Below, one piece after another: positions 1 to 8,706 of a stretch of 64,000 nucleotides of DNA. Source of the DNA: an uncultured Alphaproteobacteria bacterium (GTDB lineage Bacteria; Pseudomonadota; Alphaproteobacteria; Caulobacterales; Caulobacteraceae); the NCBI GenBank assembly GCA_903892305.1, contig CAITHQ010000066.1, forward strand, positions 688 through 64,687, in the 5' to 3' direction. Numbering within the stretch: the stretch's first letter is position 1; each line of letters starts with the position of its first letter. A program made the position numbers and the translations under genes. The notes below the pieces were generated by a model, which saw only the letters and a program-made list of their open reading frames with translations, searched no databases and had not been told where the DNA came from.

Positions 1-691
1 CCAGGGCTTGATTTTGAGAGGTCGTATTATGGTCAGTGACGGAGATAAAATCCAGCTGACGACCTCTTGCGGCCTCTAAGGTCTTGAACACCGGACAGGG
101 CACGCGCCGCCCTTGCATAGACAAACAGCTGCCGTCGGAATGCGCGGAATGGGCGTGGAGATCCCCGCGAAACCATCGTGGCTCTGCTTGGGGCGCAGGG
201 ACGAGATAGCCCGGAAACGGGGTTCCAGATGGATCGAACCAGATCTTTGCCGTGTAGGTCGCCTGGGTGGCCTTGCGAATATTCGGGACCCCAATCACCA
301 GATGCCACTGGCCGCTTAGAATAGGCCCTGGCAGATAGGAAGGGGTTGCGTAGGCGGTTTCGACGATCACCTGGTCCTTATTGCCACCGCTCCACCCGCG
401 AAAACGCTCGGGATCCCTTAAGCCAATGTCGAGAGTCGTTCGCTGCGCCTTGCCGGTATATTCAAATGCCACCATCAACCGCTCGGTGCCTTTGGGCACC
501 TTAAACGAGACCTCTCGGTATTTTTGATGATCCTTCTGGCTCATCGTGCCGCTTAACACTAAGTCTGGCACCCGCTCAGGGATCGGGGCCTGGGCTTGCG
601 CCGAGCAAGCCGGCGCGATGGCCCCCAGCAATAAGAGCAGGCTTGCGAAAGCGCCAAGCCATGACACGCCATTTCTTAGGCCAGCGAACAT
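1..691 (-). CDS. PHP-domain (CehA/McbA-like) metallohydrolase, probably secreted; 3' end runs off the window
   Basis: Hand translation of the minus strand from ATG (complement of CAT 689-691) stays open to base 1. It is absent from the ORF track because it has no stop in the window. Signal-like N-terminus LGAFASLLLLLGAIAPACSAQA. PHP motif RGDLHAHSAHSDG followed by ISVTDHN near the window edge. Confidence 0.7.
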   Translation of the reverse strand, partial: MFAGLRNGVSWLGAFASLLLLLGAIAPACSAQAQAPIPERVPDLVLSGTMSQKDHQKYREVSFKVPKGTERLMVAFEYTGKAQRTTLDIGLRDPERFRGWSGGNKDQVIVETAYATPSYLPGPILSGQWHLVIGVPNIRKATQATYTAKIWFDPSGTPFPGYLVPAPQAEPRWFRGDLHAHSAHSDGSCLSMQGRRVPCPVFKTLEAARGRQLDFISVTDHNTTSQNQAL

Positions 692-1001
692 TGTGATTTC
701 CGTTGTTTTGCCCCGGAACATTGCGCCCGGAAGGACGCCGCAGCCCTGAACATGGCTTCGCAAAGTTAACAGGGCAATTGTGGATGATCTAGCACCTAGG
801 ATTTGTGACAACCGTCCAATTTTCGCGGCCAAACACCTAACTCGGCGGTCATTTATGCGCCCCAGGCTCCTCTATCAGACACCTGCTGATGAAGCCGACC
901 CTGAGTCATCAATCCTTAAGGACGCTCCTTCACGTCGCCTCAACTTCGGCATTGCAATATACTTTGGAGATTCAAAACGTCTCTGAAGCTTTGTTTTTTA
1001 A

Positions 1002-2519
1002 ATGATCTCTCTTCGGACACTGGCCAAATGGCGCAATAGCCTATGCGCGAGCATGGCTGGTTTTCGCAATGCCACAGGTGGATCGATTGCTTTGACCTAC
1101 GCGATCATGGGCGTCGCGATCGTCGGCATAGCCTTTACAGGCGTTGATATGACGCGTGTGGCGATGGCCCGCTCAAAGCTGCAGGACAGTCTTGATTCAG
1201 CAACCTTGGCAGCAGCGGCTTCGGCGACAACTGAAACGTCAGTCATCAACGCCACAGGGAAGAAGTACCTGTCTGCGGCGCTAACCAACGACACTATGCT
1301 TCTGAACCTTAGCTCGACCTTCAGCCTCACTTCCAAAAAATTGACCGGTTCCGCAACAGCCGAGGTCGAACCCATCGTGATGGGCCTGTACACAGGCAGC
1401 AATATAACCATCAAGGCTCAATCGGAGGTCGTGCGTAGACAGGACATGACAGTCGAACTGGCGCTGGTGCTCGACACCACTGGCTCCATGGCCGGCACTA
1501 AGATGAGCACCCTAAAGACGGCGGCGACGGATCTGGTTAAAACCGTGCTGGGGGGCGCGAACGGAGACAAGGTCAAGATCGGGATCGTACCCTTCGCCCA
1601 GCATGTGAATTTGGGAATCGCGTCACGCAATGAGGCCTGGGCCGACGTGCCCGCCGAAGTCCATCTTTATCACCCCTCATCCTACATGCCCTCGTGCACC
1701 AAACAGCAATGCACCACGTCACAGGTATCGTGTCGGATTCCCGATTACTCACCCAGCACATGCACGGGCATCAATGATGGCGTGCCTTATAGTTATGCCT
1801 GCCAGGTCCAAACAGGATCACACCAGGGCCTTTGTAATGTATCTTCAAATTGCACCACCGTGCAGTTGAACCCATGCCCAGGACCGGTCAACAATTCCTG
1901 GTGGGAGGACTCGCACTTCTATGGTTGCTACGGATCGCCAGCCTATCCAGACAATGTCAGCGACAATAATGCGAACCGGAAATATCCGGGCCTGATGAAC
2001 CTAACGTGCTCAGCACAAGTTCAGAACCTAACGACGAGTTCCGCACCACTTCTGGCGACAATAAACAGTCTCAACGCGAGTGGAGAGACCTACATACCTG
2101 CGGGTCTGGCCTGGGGCTTTAACATGCTGACTTCGTCTCAACCCCTGACAGACGCCCTGCCCTACGACACAGCTGGCCCAAACCTGAATCCGCGGAAAAT
2201 CATTGTTCTGATGACGGATGGGGCAAACACCAAACAAATGAATCATGGCGCAGGGGCCAGAGGCATCCATAATATTGCGGCCAATCCAGCCCCAGAGGCG
2301 AATACATATACGACTGAATTATGCAATAATATCAAAGCTAAAGGCATAGAAGTCTATACAGTGGCCTTTGATATCCAGAACAATGCCGCGGCAAAGACCC
2401 TCGTGCAGGCCTGTGCAAGCGACAGCAGCCACTTCTTTGATGCGTCAAACTCAGCGGCGCTATTGGACGCCTTCAGACAGATTACAAAGTCGATTCAAAG
2501 CCTACAAATTTCCCACTAA
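1002..2519 (+). CDS. TadE/TadG-like N-terminal domain plus von Willebrand factor A (vWA) domain protein
   Basis: N-terminal membrane/TadE-like segment GGSIALTYAIMGVAIVGIAFTGVDMTRV. vWA MIDAS start LVLDTTGSMAG. Later vWA strands IVLMTDGANT and VYTVAF. Cys-rich insert of about 100 aa between them. Confidence 0.8.
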   Translation: MISLRTLAKWRNSLCASMAGFRNATGGSIALTYAIMGVAIVGIAFTGVDMTRVAMARSKLQDSLDSATLAAAASATTETSVINATGKKYLSAALTNDTMLLNLSSTFSLTSKKLTGSATAEVEPIVMGLYTGSNITIKAQSEVVRRQDMTVELALVLDTTGSMAGTKMSTLKTAATDLVKTVLGGANGDKVKIGIVPFAQHVNLGIASRNEAWADVPAEVHLYHPSSYMPSCTKQQCTTSQVSCRIPDYSPSTCTGINDGVPYSYACQVQTGSHQGLCNVSSNCTTVQLNPCPGPVNNSWWEDSHFYGCYGSPAYPDNVSDNNANRKYPGLMNLTCSAQVQNLTTSSAPLLATINSLNASGETYIPAGLAWGFNMLTSSQPLTDALPYDTAGPNLNPRKIIVLMTDGANTKQMNHGAGARGIHNIAANPAPEANTYTTELCNNIKAKGIEVYTVAFDIQNNAAAKTLVQACASDSSHFFDASNSAALLDAFRQITKSIQSLQISH

Positions 2520-3280
2520 TCTAGGACGAGCAGGGCCTCGCCTAGGAGGTCCTGAAGGCGCGGCGTCGCCGGATAGGGATGGTGGCGATACTGGCGAAAG
2601 CCTTCGGCGAATTCGACAGAAAATAGCCTTCCCTGACGACGGGTCCATTTTTCCAATGAAGCCTGATGATTGGCGATTCCGTGCTGCCGCGCCACCCATT
2701 CGTCCTGGCTGACATGGGCGGCCAGCATGGACTGCTTGATCGAAAACGTTGTCGATACATCTGCCCCAAACTCTGGCGACACCTTGCGGCCTTCGCGATC
2801 ACGGCCACCAATGGGATCCATGAAATAGAGGTGGGGAATGGTCGCCAGGGCCTGGGCCTCACCGGTCTTATAGTTTGGGACCGAGGCCGCAAAACAGGCG
2901 TCGCGCACCAGCTGGCTGATGGCTTCGTGGTCGGGATGGTAGTCAGCCGGCGAGGCGGTGAGGACGATGTCAGCCTTGGACCGGCGAATAACCTCTGTCA
3001 CTGCGCGACGGGCGGCATCATCATTGAAGACTCCAAGGTCCGGAAGGCCGGCGCAGGCATAATCAGCCCCGATAAGGGCAGCTGCAGCGCTGGCCTCTGC
3101 CTTTCGAATTCGGGCCGTTTCATCAGGACTGGTGATATCAGATCCGCCCTCGCCTGCCGTTGCTGTGGCACACATCACCTGCGCACCTTGGGCCGACAAT
3201 AGGGCGAGGGTCCCTGCGCACAGAGTCTCGATATCATCAGGGTGGGCGTGAAAGGCTAAAATCCGTACTGGTCTTGTCAT
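2516..3280 (-). CDS. PIG-L/LmbE family deacetylase
   Basis: ILAFHAHPDDIE and HPDH motifs. Start moved to ATG at 3280 (AAGGGG about 9 nt upstream); the ORF-track start at 3307 has no RBS. Confidence 0.85.
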   Translation of the reverse strand: MTRPVRILAFHAHPDDIETLCAGTLALLSAQGAQVMCATATAGEGGSDITSPDETARIRKAEASAAAALIGADYACAGLPDLGVFNDDAARRAVTEVIRRSKADIVLTASPADYHPDHEAISQLVRDACFAASVPNYKTGEAQALATIPHLYFMDPIGGRDREGRKVSPEFGADVSTTFSIKQSMLAAHVSQDEWVARQHGIANHQASLEKWTRRQGRLFSVEFAEGFRQYRHHPYPATPRLQDLLGEALLVLD

Positions 3281-3348
3281 GACGAACTGCCCCTTAACCC
3301 TCGCCATGTCCGCCAGAGCAGATGGCCTCAGGCTGTCGGCGAAATCGT

Positions 3349-3399
3349 CCTAGAGCATGTGCCGATGGGTTGGAACCCGTTATCGGAACATGCTCTAGG
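3349..3399. repeat. 51-nt imperfect palindromic intergenic element
   Basis: Perfect 12-bp outer arms CCTAGAGCATGT (3349-3360) and ACATGCTCTAGG (3388-3399). Inner arms CCGAT/ATCGG and GGGTT/AACCC. The core recurs at 55326-55371. Confidence 0.6.
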
Positions 3400-3457
3400 C
3401 TTTGGAATGCGAGCCAATGTTTCGACTCTAACCAAGGTCGTCAGATCGACGAGGGCT

Positions 3458-4597
3458 CTAGCTCTCGTTTGTGAAGATCACAGTCCCGCTCGCCGCAAAC
3501 ATGCCGCCAACCCCATGGGCCACACTGATCTTGGCACCTTCGATTTGCGCCGCCGCAGTTCCACGCATCTGACGCACGCTCTCTTGCAGAGCATACATGC
3601 CGTACATGCCAGAGTGCATGTAAGAGAGACCGCCCCCGTTTGTGTTCAGCGGTAGCTTGCCGCCGATGGCGGTATTGCGCTCATTGATAAAGTCCTTGGC
3701 TTCCCCAGGCTTCACGAAGCCCAGGTCCTCCAGACCATAGAGTGGCAGGTGAGCGAAGGCATCGTAGATCATCAAGTGATCGACATCAGCGTGCTTGATC
3801 CCAGATTCCTCAAAGGCCTTCTTGCCCGAAACCCGGAAGGCCTTGGACGAGGTGAAGTCCTCCATCTGGCTGACCATGGGGGTCTCCACGCTTTCGCCGG
3901 TGCCCAGGATGTAGACAGGCTTCTGCGGGAAATCCTTGGCACGCTCGGCGCTGGTCAGGATCAGAGCTCCACCGCCATCGGTGACAAGGCAGCACATCAG
4001 CATGCGGAAGGGCCACGCGATCATCGGCGAGTTCAGAACATCATCCACCGTGATCGGATCCTTGAAGCTGGCCCGGGGATTCTTCGCTGCCCATTCACGC
4101 TGGATCACTGCGACATTGGCAAGATCTGCCTCGCTGACGCCATAGGTCTTCATGTAGCGCAGCACAGGGATGGTGAACATGGTTGGTGGGCTGGTCACCC
4201 CATAGGGCATTTCGAACTGCCCCATCAGGCTGGACGGCGCCCGGCCAAAACCGCCTGCGCCAACCCGGGAGCGGCCCGATTCGCCGTGGGTGATAAGGAC
4301 GGTCTTGCAGAGGCCCTCATTGATTGCCGCCGCCGCATGGCGGACGTGCAACATAAAGGAACAGCCCCCGACACTGGTACCATCGGCATAGGTGGGGGTA
4401 ATGCCCAGATAGTGCGCCAATTCAACGGGGCTGATCCCCGCCGTTGCAACGCCGTCAATGTCAGAGGGCTTAAGGCCCGCATCCTTCATGGCATTCAGGG
4501 CAGCATCGGCATGCAGACCAATGACGGAGACGTCTGGAATCTTGCCAAGACGGGTGGTTTCGGCGGCCCCAACGACCGCAATGCTCTTAGGTTTCAT
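3458..4597 (-). CDS. thiolase-fold protein, SCP-x/lipid-transfer type (acetyl-CoA acetyltransferase family)
   Basis: Thiolase-like layout with GGCSFM nucleophile region and C-terminal NTNGGGLS and HGVGGM. Start moved to ATG at 4597 (MKPKSIAVVGAAE; GAGGGG RBS). It lies 13 nt downstream of the DUF35 gene stop. Confidence 0.85.
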   Translation of the reverse strand: MKPKSIAVVGAAETTRLGKIPDVSVIGLHADAALNAMKDAGLKPSDIDGVATAGISPVELAHYLGITPTYADGTSVGGCSFMLHVRHAAAAINEGLCKTVLITHGESGRSRVGAGGFGRAPSSLMGQFEMPYGVTSPPTMFTIPVLRYMKTYGVSEADLANVAVIQREWAAKNPRASFKDPITVDDVLNSPMIAWPFRMLMCCLVTDGGGALILTSAERAKDFPQKPVYILGTGESVETPMVSQMEDFTSSKAFRVSGKKAFEESGIKHADVDHLMIYDAFAHLPLYGLEDLGFVKPGEAKDFINERNTAIGGKLPLNTNGGGLSYMHSGMYGMYALQESVRQMRGTAAAQIEGAKISVAHGVGGMFAASGTVIFTNES

Positions 4598-4610
4598 AGG
4601 TCTATTCCCC

Positions 4611-5015
4611 TCAGCCCTTGGCCGGTTCGAACAAAGGCAAAGAAATTTCATCAGTCTGCTTAGCGAAATGGACCTGCACGGGCATGTCCAGAACAAGCGC
4701 TTCAGGCGTCTGCGGGCAGCCGACAATATTGGTCATCATACGCGGACCTTCATCCAGCTGAACAACCGCTATGGCATAGGGCTCGGTTCCCATATCGGGA
4801 CGGGGGCGATGATTGATGACGTAGGAATAGAGAATCGCCTTGCCGCTGGCCTTGTAGATCTCGACCTCACGGCTCGCACATTTCGGACAGAAGGCCCGGG
4901 GTGGAAAATAGGTGTGCTTGCAGTCCGTACAGCGCTGCAACCGCAGCTCGCCGTCTCGGCATCCTTCCCAGAAATGCCGGGTCTCCGGCGTGGGTTCAGG
5001 CAGCATTCGAGCCAT
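4611..5015 (-). CDS. Zn-ribbon plus OB-fold protein (DUF35 family), thiolase partner
   Basis: Four-Cys zinc ribbon CTDCKHTYFPPRAFCPKC followed by an OB-fold-like region. It sits immediately upstream of the thiolase, the usual pairing for this family. Confidence 0.8.
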   Translation of the reverse strand: MARMLPEPTPETRHFWEGCRDGELRLQRCTDCKHTYFPPRAFCPKCASREVEIYKASGKAILYSYVINHRPRPDMGTEPYAIAVVQLDEGPRMMTNIVGCPQTPEALVLDMPVQVHFAKQTDEISLPLFEPAKG

Positions 5016-5036
5016 TTTGAAATTCGTCCCTAATTA

Positions 5037-5048
5037 AAAATGCATTTT
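5037..5048. promoter_or_regulatory. perfect 12-bp palindrome AAAATGCATTTT upstream of the DUF35-thiolase pair
   Basis: Read directly from the sequence. It lies 22 nt upstream of the DUF35 ATG (5015) in an AT-rich leader. Possible operator; no assigned regulator. Confidence 0.3.
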
Positions 5049-5203
5049 GGCGTCGGCTTTGACGCAATTGCCAGCAAAGCCGAGGCAGAGCCCCTTGTCG
5101 ATACTCTGGGCGCCGATTTATGGTCTCAATGACCCTCGAGGTCCAATTCCGACAGTGGCGGACTCGCTCCAGGGACACCCGAATTGGTATCGAAATCGCT
5201 GAA

Positions 5204-7258
5204 TTAGCCGCGAGCCTGATGGGCCCAGGCTTGGTCGACGCGCTCAGCCCCTGGTGCCCATTTCATCATTACGGTGATGAGGTCGCGGGGACTGATCGGC
5301 TTGAGGATCAAGTCATCAAACCCATCATTTAAGTCGCCGTCGGCAAGGTCGGCGTCCGCGCTGAAGGCCAGGATCGGAATGTTCAGGTTTGGCCCAGCCA
5401 GTGACTTGAGCCTGACCAGGGTTTCAGGGCCGCTCAGGCCGGGCATGCGAATATCAAGAAGGATAACATCGAAGGGGGCGGTCTTCGCCTCAACGAGTGC
5501 AGCGTGGCCGCTTTCAACATCTGTTACCACGACGCCTAACGGTTCCAAAACCGCCCGGGCGAGGTCTCGATTGGCTCTGTTGTCATCGACGATCAGCAAT
5601 CTCAGGCCTTCAATACCACCCTGCGCCGGGCCCTCGGCGACCGGTTCAGCTTCCTTGGATGGCATAGCCTGGACGGTGACGTGAAAGGCTGATCCCACCC
5701 CCAAAGCGCTGCTCACCCCGATCGTGCCGCCCATGCCTTCGGCCAGACCCTTGCAGATGGCCAGGCCAAGGCCAGTGCCCCCGTGCCTGCGTGTGGAAGA
5801 TCCATCAACCTGACTGAACCGTTTGAAAAGTTGGGCCCGCTGACCTTCATCCATTCCAATGCCTGTATCGGCGACCTCGACACGGATCTGGTTTAGGGGG
5901 CGCAGATAGGCGAGGCGGACGGTGACCGATCCAACGTCGGTAAACTTGACAGCATTGCCAATCAAGTTGAGCAAGATCTGCCTCAAGCGGTCAGGGTCGA
6001 CCATGACGTGGGACGGGACAGGGCCATCGACTTCGAAACCCAAGGTCACACCCTTGGTCTTGGATTCGGGAATGAACATGGCCAGGCTGTCTTCCACCAG
6101 CGGGCTTAAAGCCACTGATCTGGAACGGAATTCCACCTGCGCGGCCTCTAACTTCGAGAAGTCTAGAATATCATTGACGATGGCCAGCAGGGCCCGACTT
6201 CCAGAGGTAATCCTGTCCAGGTGTTGCCGCGCCGTCGCATTCAGATCCTGCCGCTCCACCAACAGCCCCGCAAAGCCCAGGATCGCCGTCAGAGGGGTAC
6301 GTATCTCATGACTCATATTGGCCAGAAAGGCGGACTTGACGGCAGAGGCGGCCTCGGCCTCCTCGCGCGCAGTGGCCAACTCGGCCTCCATAGCCTTGCG
6401 CTCGGTCACATCGCGGGCGACGTCCTGAAATTCAATCAGCTCTCGTGTCTCTGAATCGAAGACGGCGCGCGGCCGGGTCTCCAACCACACGATGGACCCA
6501 TCCTTATGCAGGGCGCGATATTCACATCGGAACGGCGGAGCGTTGGGGCCAGCCGCAGCGTGATCACGGAAAGCCCTAACAACCCTGCGAATATCGCCTG
6601 GGTGCATGTAGGCGATGGCCGGACGCCCAATCAGCTCTTCCGGGTCATAGCCCAATAGGGTCGTGACAGATGGGGATAGAAAACTGAAATGAGTATTGGG
6701 GGCATAACACGCGATTATGTCGTTGGCGTTTTCCGCCATCAGCCGAAATCGAGACTCGCTTTGGGCCAAGCGCGCTTCGGTGGCACGGCGCGCACTGATA
6801 TCTCGGAGGCTGTCTTGAAAACCAATGAGCTTGCCGGTTTCAGGATCATAGATAGCCTGAAGTCCGCCTTCCACCCAAAGGCTGATACCGTCTTTACGCA
6901 CCACCCTGAACTCGACGCGCAGCGGCGCTGTTTGCCGATAAGTGGCAAAGTGGTCTCCGATGGCCTTATTGAGTTCAGCTCGATCTTCGGGATGAACGAA
7001 GTTGGGCTTTTGGCCAACCAGATCGGCTGGCTGGTATCCAAGGACATCCCGGCAAGAGGGAGACACATAGGTCAAAATGCCCTCGGGATTACTGCAACAG
7101 ACCATGTCCAACAAATGGTCCACCATAAGCCGAAAGCGACCCTGCCCCCTCTCCGTGGAGGCCGAGGGCTGGTCCGATCCCATCTGTTCGTGGTGACCGG
7201 AAGACATAGACGTCTGGAGATCGTCGTTACAACGCATGGTAACAGGTTTAGCCGCCAT
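5204..7258 (-). CDS. hybrid sensor histidine kinase/response regulator with PAS domains
   Basis: Two PAS-like segments. H-box SHEIRTPL. N/G boxes NLIGNAVKFT, DTGIGM, GGTGLGLAI. C-terminal receiver LLIVDDN ... DVILLDIRMPG. Confidence 0.9.
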   Translation of the reverse strand: MAAKPVTMRCNDDLQTSMSSGHHEQMGSDQPSASTERGQGRFRLMVDHLLDMVCCSNPEGILTYVSPSCRDVLGYQPADLVGQKPNFVHPEDRAELNKAIGDHFATYRQTAPLRVEFRVVRKDGISLWVEGGLQAIYDPETGKLIGFQDSLRDISARRATEARLAQSESRFRLMAENANDIIACYAPNTHFSFLSPSVTTLLGYDPEELIGRPAIAYMHPGDIRRVVRAFRDHAAAGPNAPPFRCEYRALHKDGSIVWLETRPRAVFDSETRELIEFQDVARDVTERKAMEAELATAREEAEAASAVKSAFLANMSHEIRTPLTAILGFAGLLVERQDLNATARQHLDRITSGSRALLAIVNDILDFSKLEAAQVEFRSRSVALSPLVEDSLAMFIPESKTKGVTLGFEVDGPVPSHVMVDPDRLRQILLNLIGNAVKFTDVGSVTVRLAYLRPLNQIRVEVADTGIGMDEGQRAQLFKRFSQVDGSSTRRHGGTGLGLAICKGLAEGMGGTIGVSSALGVGSAFHVTVQAMPSKEAEPVAEGPAQGGIEGLRLLIVDDNRANRDLARAVLEPLGVVVTDVESGHAALVEAKTAPFDVILLDIRMPGLSGPETLVRLKSLAGPNLNIPILAFSADADLADGDLNDGFDDLILKPISPRDLITVMMKWAPGAERVDQAWAHQARG

Positions 7259-7300
7259 GGCCTAAACAGGGATTAACTCGACCACGTCATTCGATAAAAT

Positions 7301-7681
7301 TTATACGGGTGAACCCTGGGTGAGTCGACGTTCGGTTGAGACCACCAACTCAGTCCAAATGGCAGCCTCTAGCTCTGGATCACGAGCTTCAGCTGCAATG
7401 TGGCAGTCAATCAAATTGGCTCTCAGCCGCGCATTCTCTGCCGTCAAAGCGGAAATCCGAAAGTCCGACTCATCTCCCTCTAAATGAAGCAATTTACGGA
7501 GAGCACGATTTTCGATGACCAGTTGATGGGCGGCATCGTCCCAGGTCCGGCTTGCCATGGCTAGGAGGGCTGCCGTCAATCCGAGCGCCCCTGCCCGGTC
7601 GGCGGGAGGTATATCAGGGGCTGCATTGCGGGCCACAAGGCCAGACAGTTCCAACAGCACATCGGAAACATTCGGTTTCAT
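7301..7681 (-). CDS. hypothetical protein (126 aa), last gene of the P450 operon
   Basis: Start moved to ATG at 7681, which overlaps the upstream stop as ATGA. Helical, no recognised motif. Confidence 0.6.
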   Translation of the reverse strand: MKPNVSDVLLELSGLVARNAAPDIPPADRAGALGLTAALLAMASRTWDDAAHQLVIENRALRKLLHLEGDESDFRISALTAENARLRANLIDCHIAAEARDPELEAAIWTELVVSTERRLTQGSPV

Positions 7682-8706
7682 AGGCGACCCATAACCTTCA
7701 GCACCGCCCTGTCTTGGGCATTCTGCAGGGCCCAGGGTGGATAAACCATGATGGGTTCGCGATTGCCGCCATCGATCCAAGCCTTGGCCGAAGACACCCA
7801 AATCGCCTGGCCCTTCACGCAATTAAACAGGGTCCACCAATGAAGTGCGCCAGGGTCCGCCTTGAGGCCGCTGGATCTTTCCCAAACAGATACCGCAAGC
7901 GCATTGGAAACCAATCCGCCAGCCAGGTTCCGCCCAAAGGACCAGACGGGGTTCAAACTCCAGCCAAGGTCCTCCAGGGGATCGCCAAGGTGGGCCATTT
8001 CCCAATCGAGGACCCCGTGAATATTCCCTGCAGTATCGAAGAGAAAATTCCCGGTGCGATAATCCCCATGCACAAGGGCAATGGTCTTCGGCGGAGGCGG
8101 TGGATTGGCGCGCAGCCATCTAATGGCGGCGCGAATGATCGGTAGGGGCTCTGTCTGGTCATCATCGAGCACCTGCTCCCAATAGCCAAGTTCTCGCGAC
8201 CAGCAGTCGCCGGGGGCAACATTGGGCATCACTGAGGTCAAGCCCAGCGCGACGGGGTCTGCCTTAGCGATTTCACCCAGGATGGTCCATTTGCGCTCAG
8301 CGAGTTTTCCGTGGGACGGCAGATAGGGGTCGGTCCACAGCAGGGCAGGCGCGGCCTGGAAACCTTCGATCTCAGCGGCAATGAAGAAGGGATAATCGAG
8401 GGGCGCGCTGGACTCCTCCAGCCACAGCATTTCTGGCACCGGCACAGTTGAGCCGTAAAACGCACGATAGGCCTCAAATTCAATCCGACGCTCAGTATCG
8501 ATCAGACTGGCCGGCGGATCGCGGCGCAGGATGAGGGCGCGAGACTTGGATGCCCCGTGCTCGAGCCAGGACAGCCGAAACCGATAGGTCTCCCGCGACG
8601 CGCCACCAGAGATTCTGCTGAGACGATCGACCACAATGTCGGAAGCCTCCGGCATCTGTGTTGCAACATAGTCGGCGATCCGAGCCTCCAGGCTCATCTG
8701 GCTCAA
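7678..8706 (-). CDS. phosphotransferase-fold protein (APH/choline kinase family)
   Basis: Kinase catalytic loop HGDYRTGNFLF and metal-binding DWEMAHLGDP. The ORF-track start is TTG at 8706, overlapping the P450 stop. An alternative ATG at 8697 lies 5 nt after that stop. Confidence 0.85.
   Translation of the reverse strand: MSQMSLEARIADYVATQMPEASDIVVDRLSRISGGASRETYRFRLSWLEHGASKSRALILRRDPPASLIDTERRIEFEAYRAFYGSTVPVPEMLWLEESSAPLDYPFFIAAEIEGFQAAPALLWTDPYLPSHGKLAERKWTILGEIAKADPVALGLTSVMPNVAPGDCWSRELGYWEQVLDDDQTEPLPIIRAAIRWLRANPPPPPKTIALVHGDYRTGNFLFDTAGNIHGVLDWEMAHLGDPLEDLGWSLNPVWSFGRNLAGGLVSNALAVSVWERSSGLKADPGALHWWTLFNCVKGQAIWVSSAKAWIDGGNREPIMVYPPWALQNAQDRAVLKVMGRL

Noticed and set aside
780-986. 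A 68-aa ORF in the AT-rich spacer between the PHP hydrolase and the TadG-like gene.
   Set aside because: It has no RBS, uses a GTG start from the longest-ORF rule and shows no motif. The region is more likely a divergent promoter.
3749-4663. Long antisense ORFs inside confident genes, for example 3749-4663 (+, 304 aa) opposite the thiolase, 23104-23916 (+, 270 aa) opposite phospholipase C, 45468-46283 (-, 271 aa) opposite tolR/tolA, 30666-31280 (+) and 54115-54834 (+).
   Set aside because: They are typical stop-poor antisense frames of GC-rich DNA. Their translations are Arg/Gly/Pro/His-rich low-complexity sequence with no motifs, while the opposite strand carries clear family signatures.
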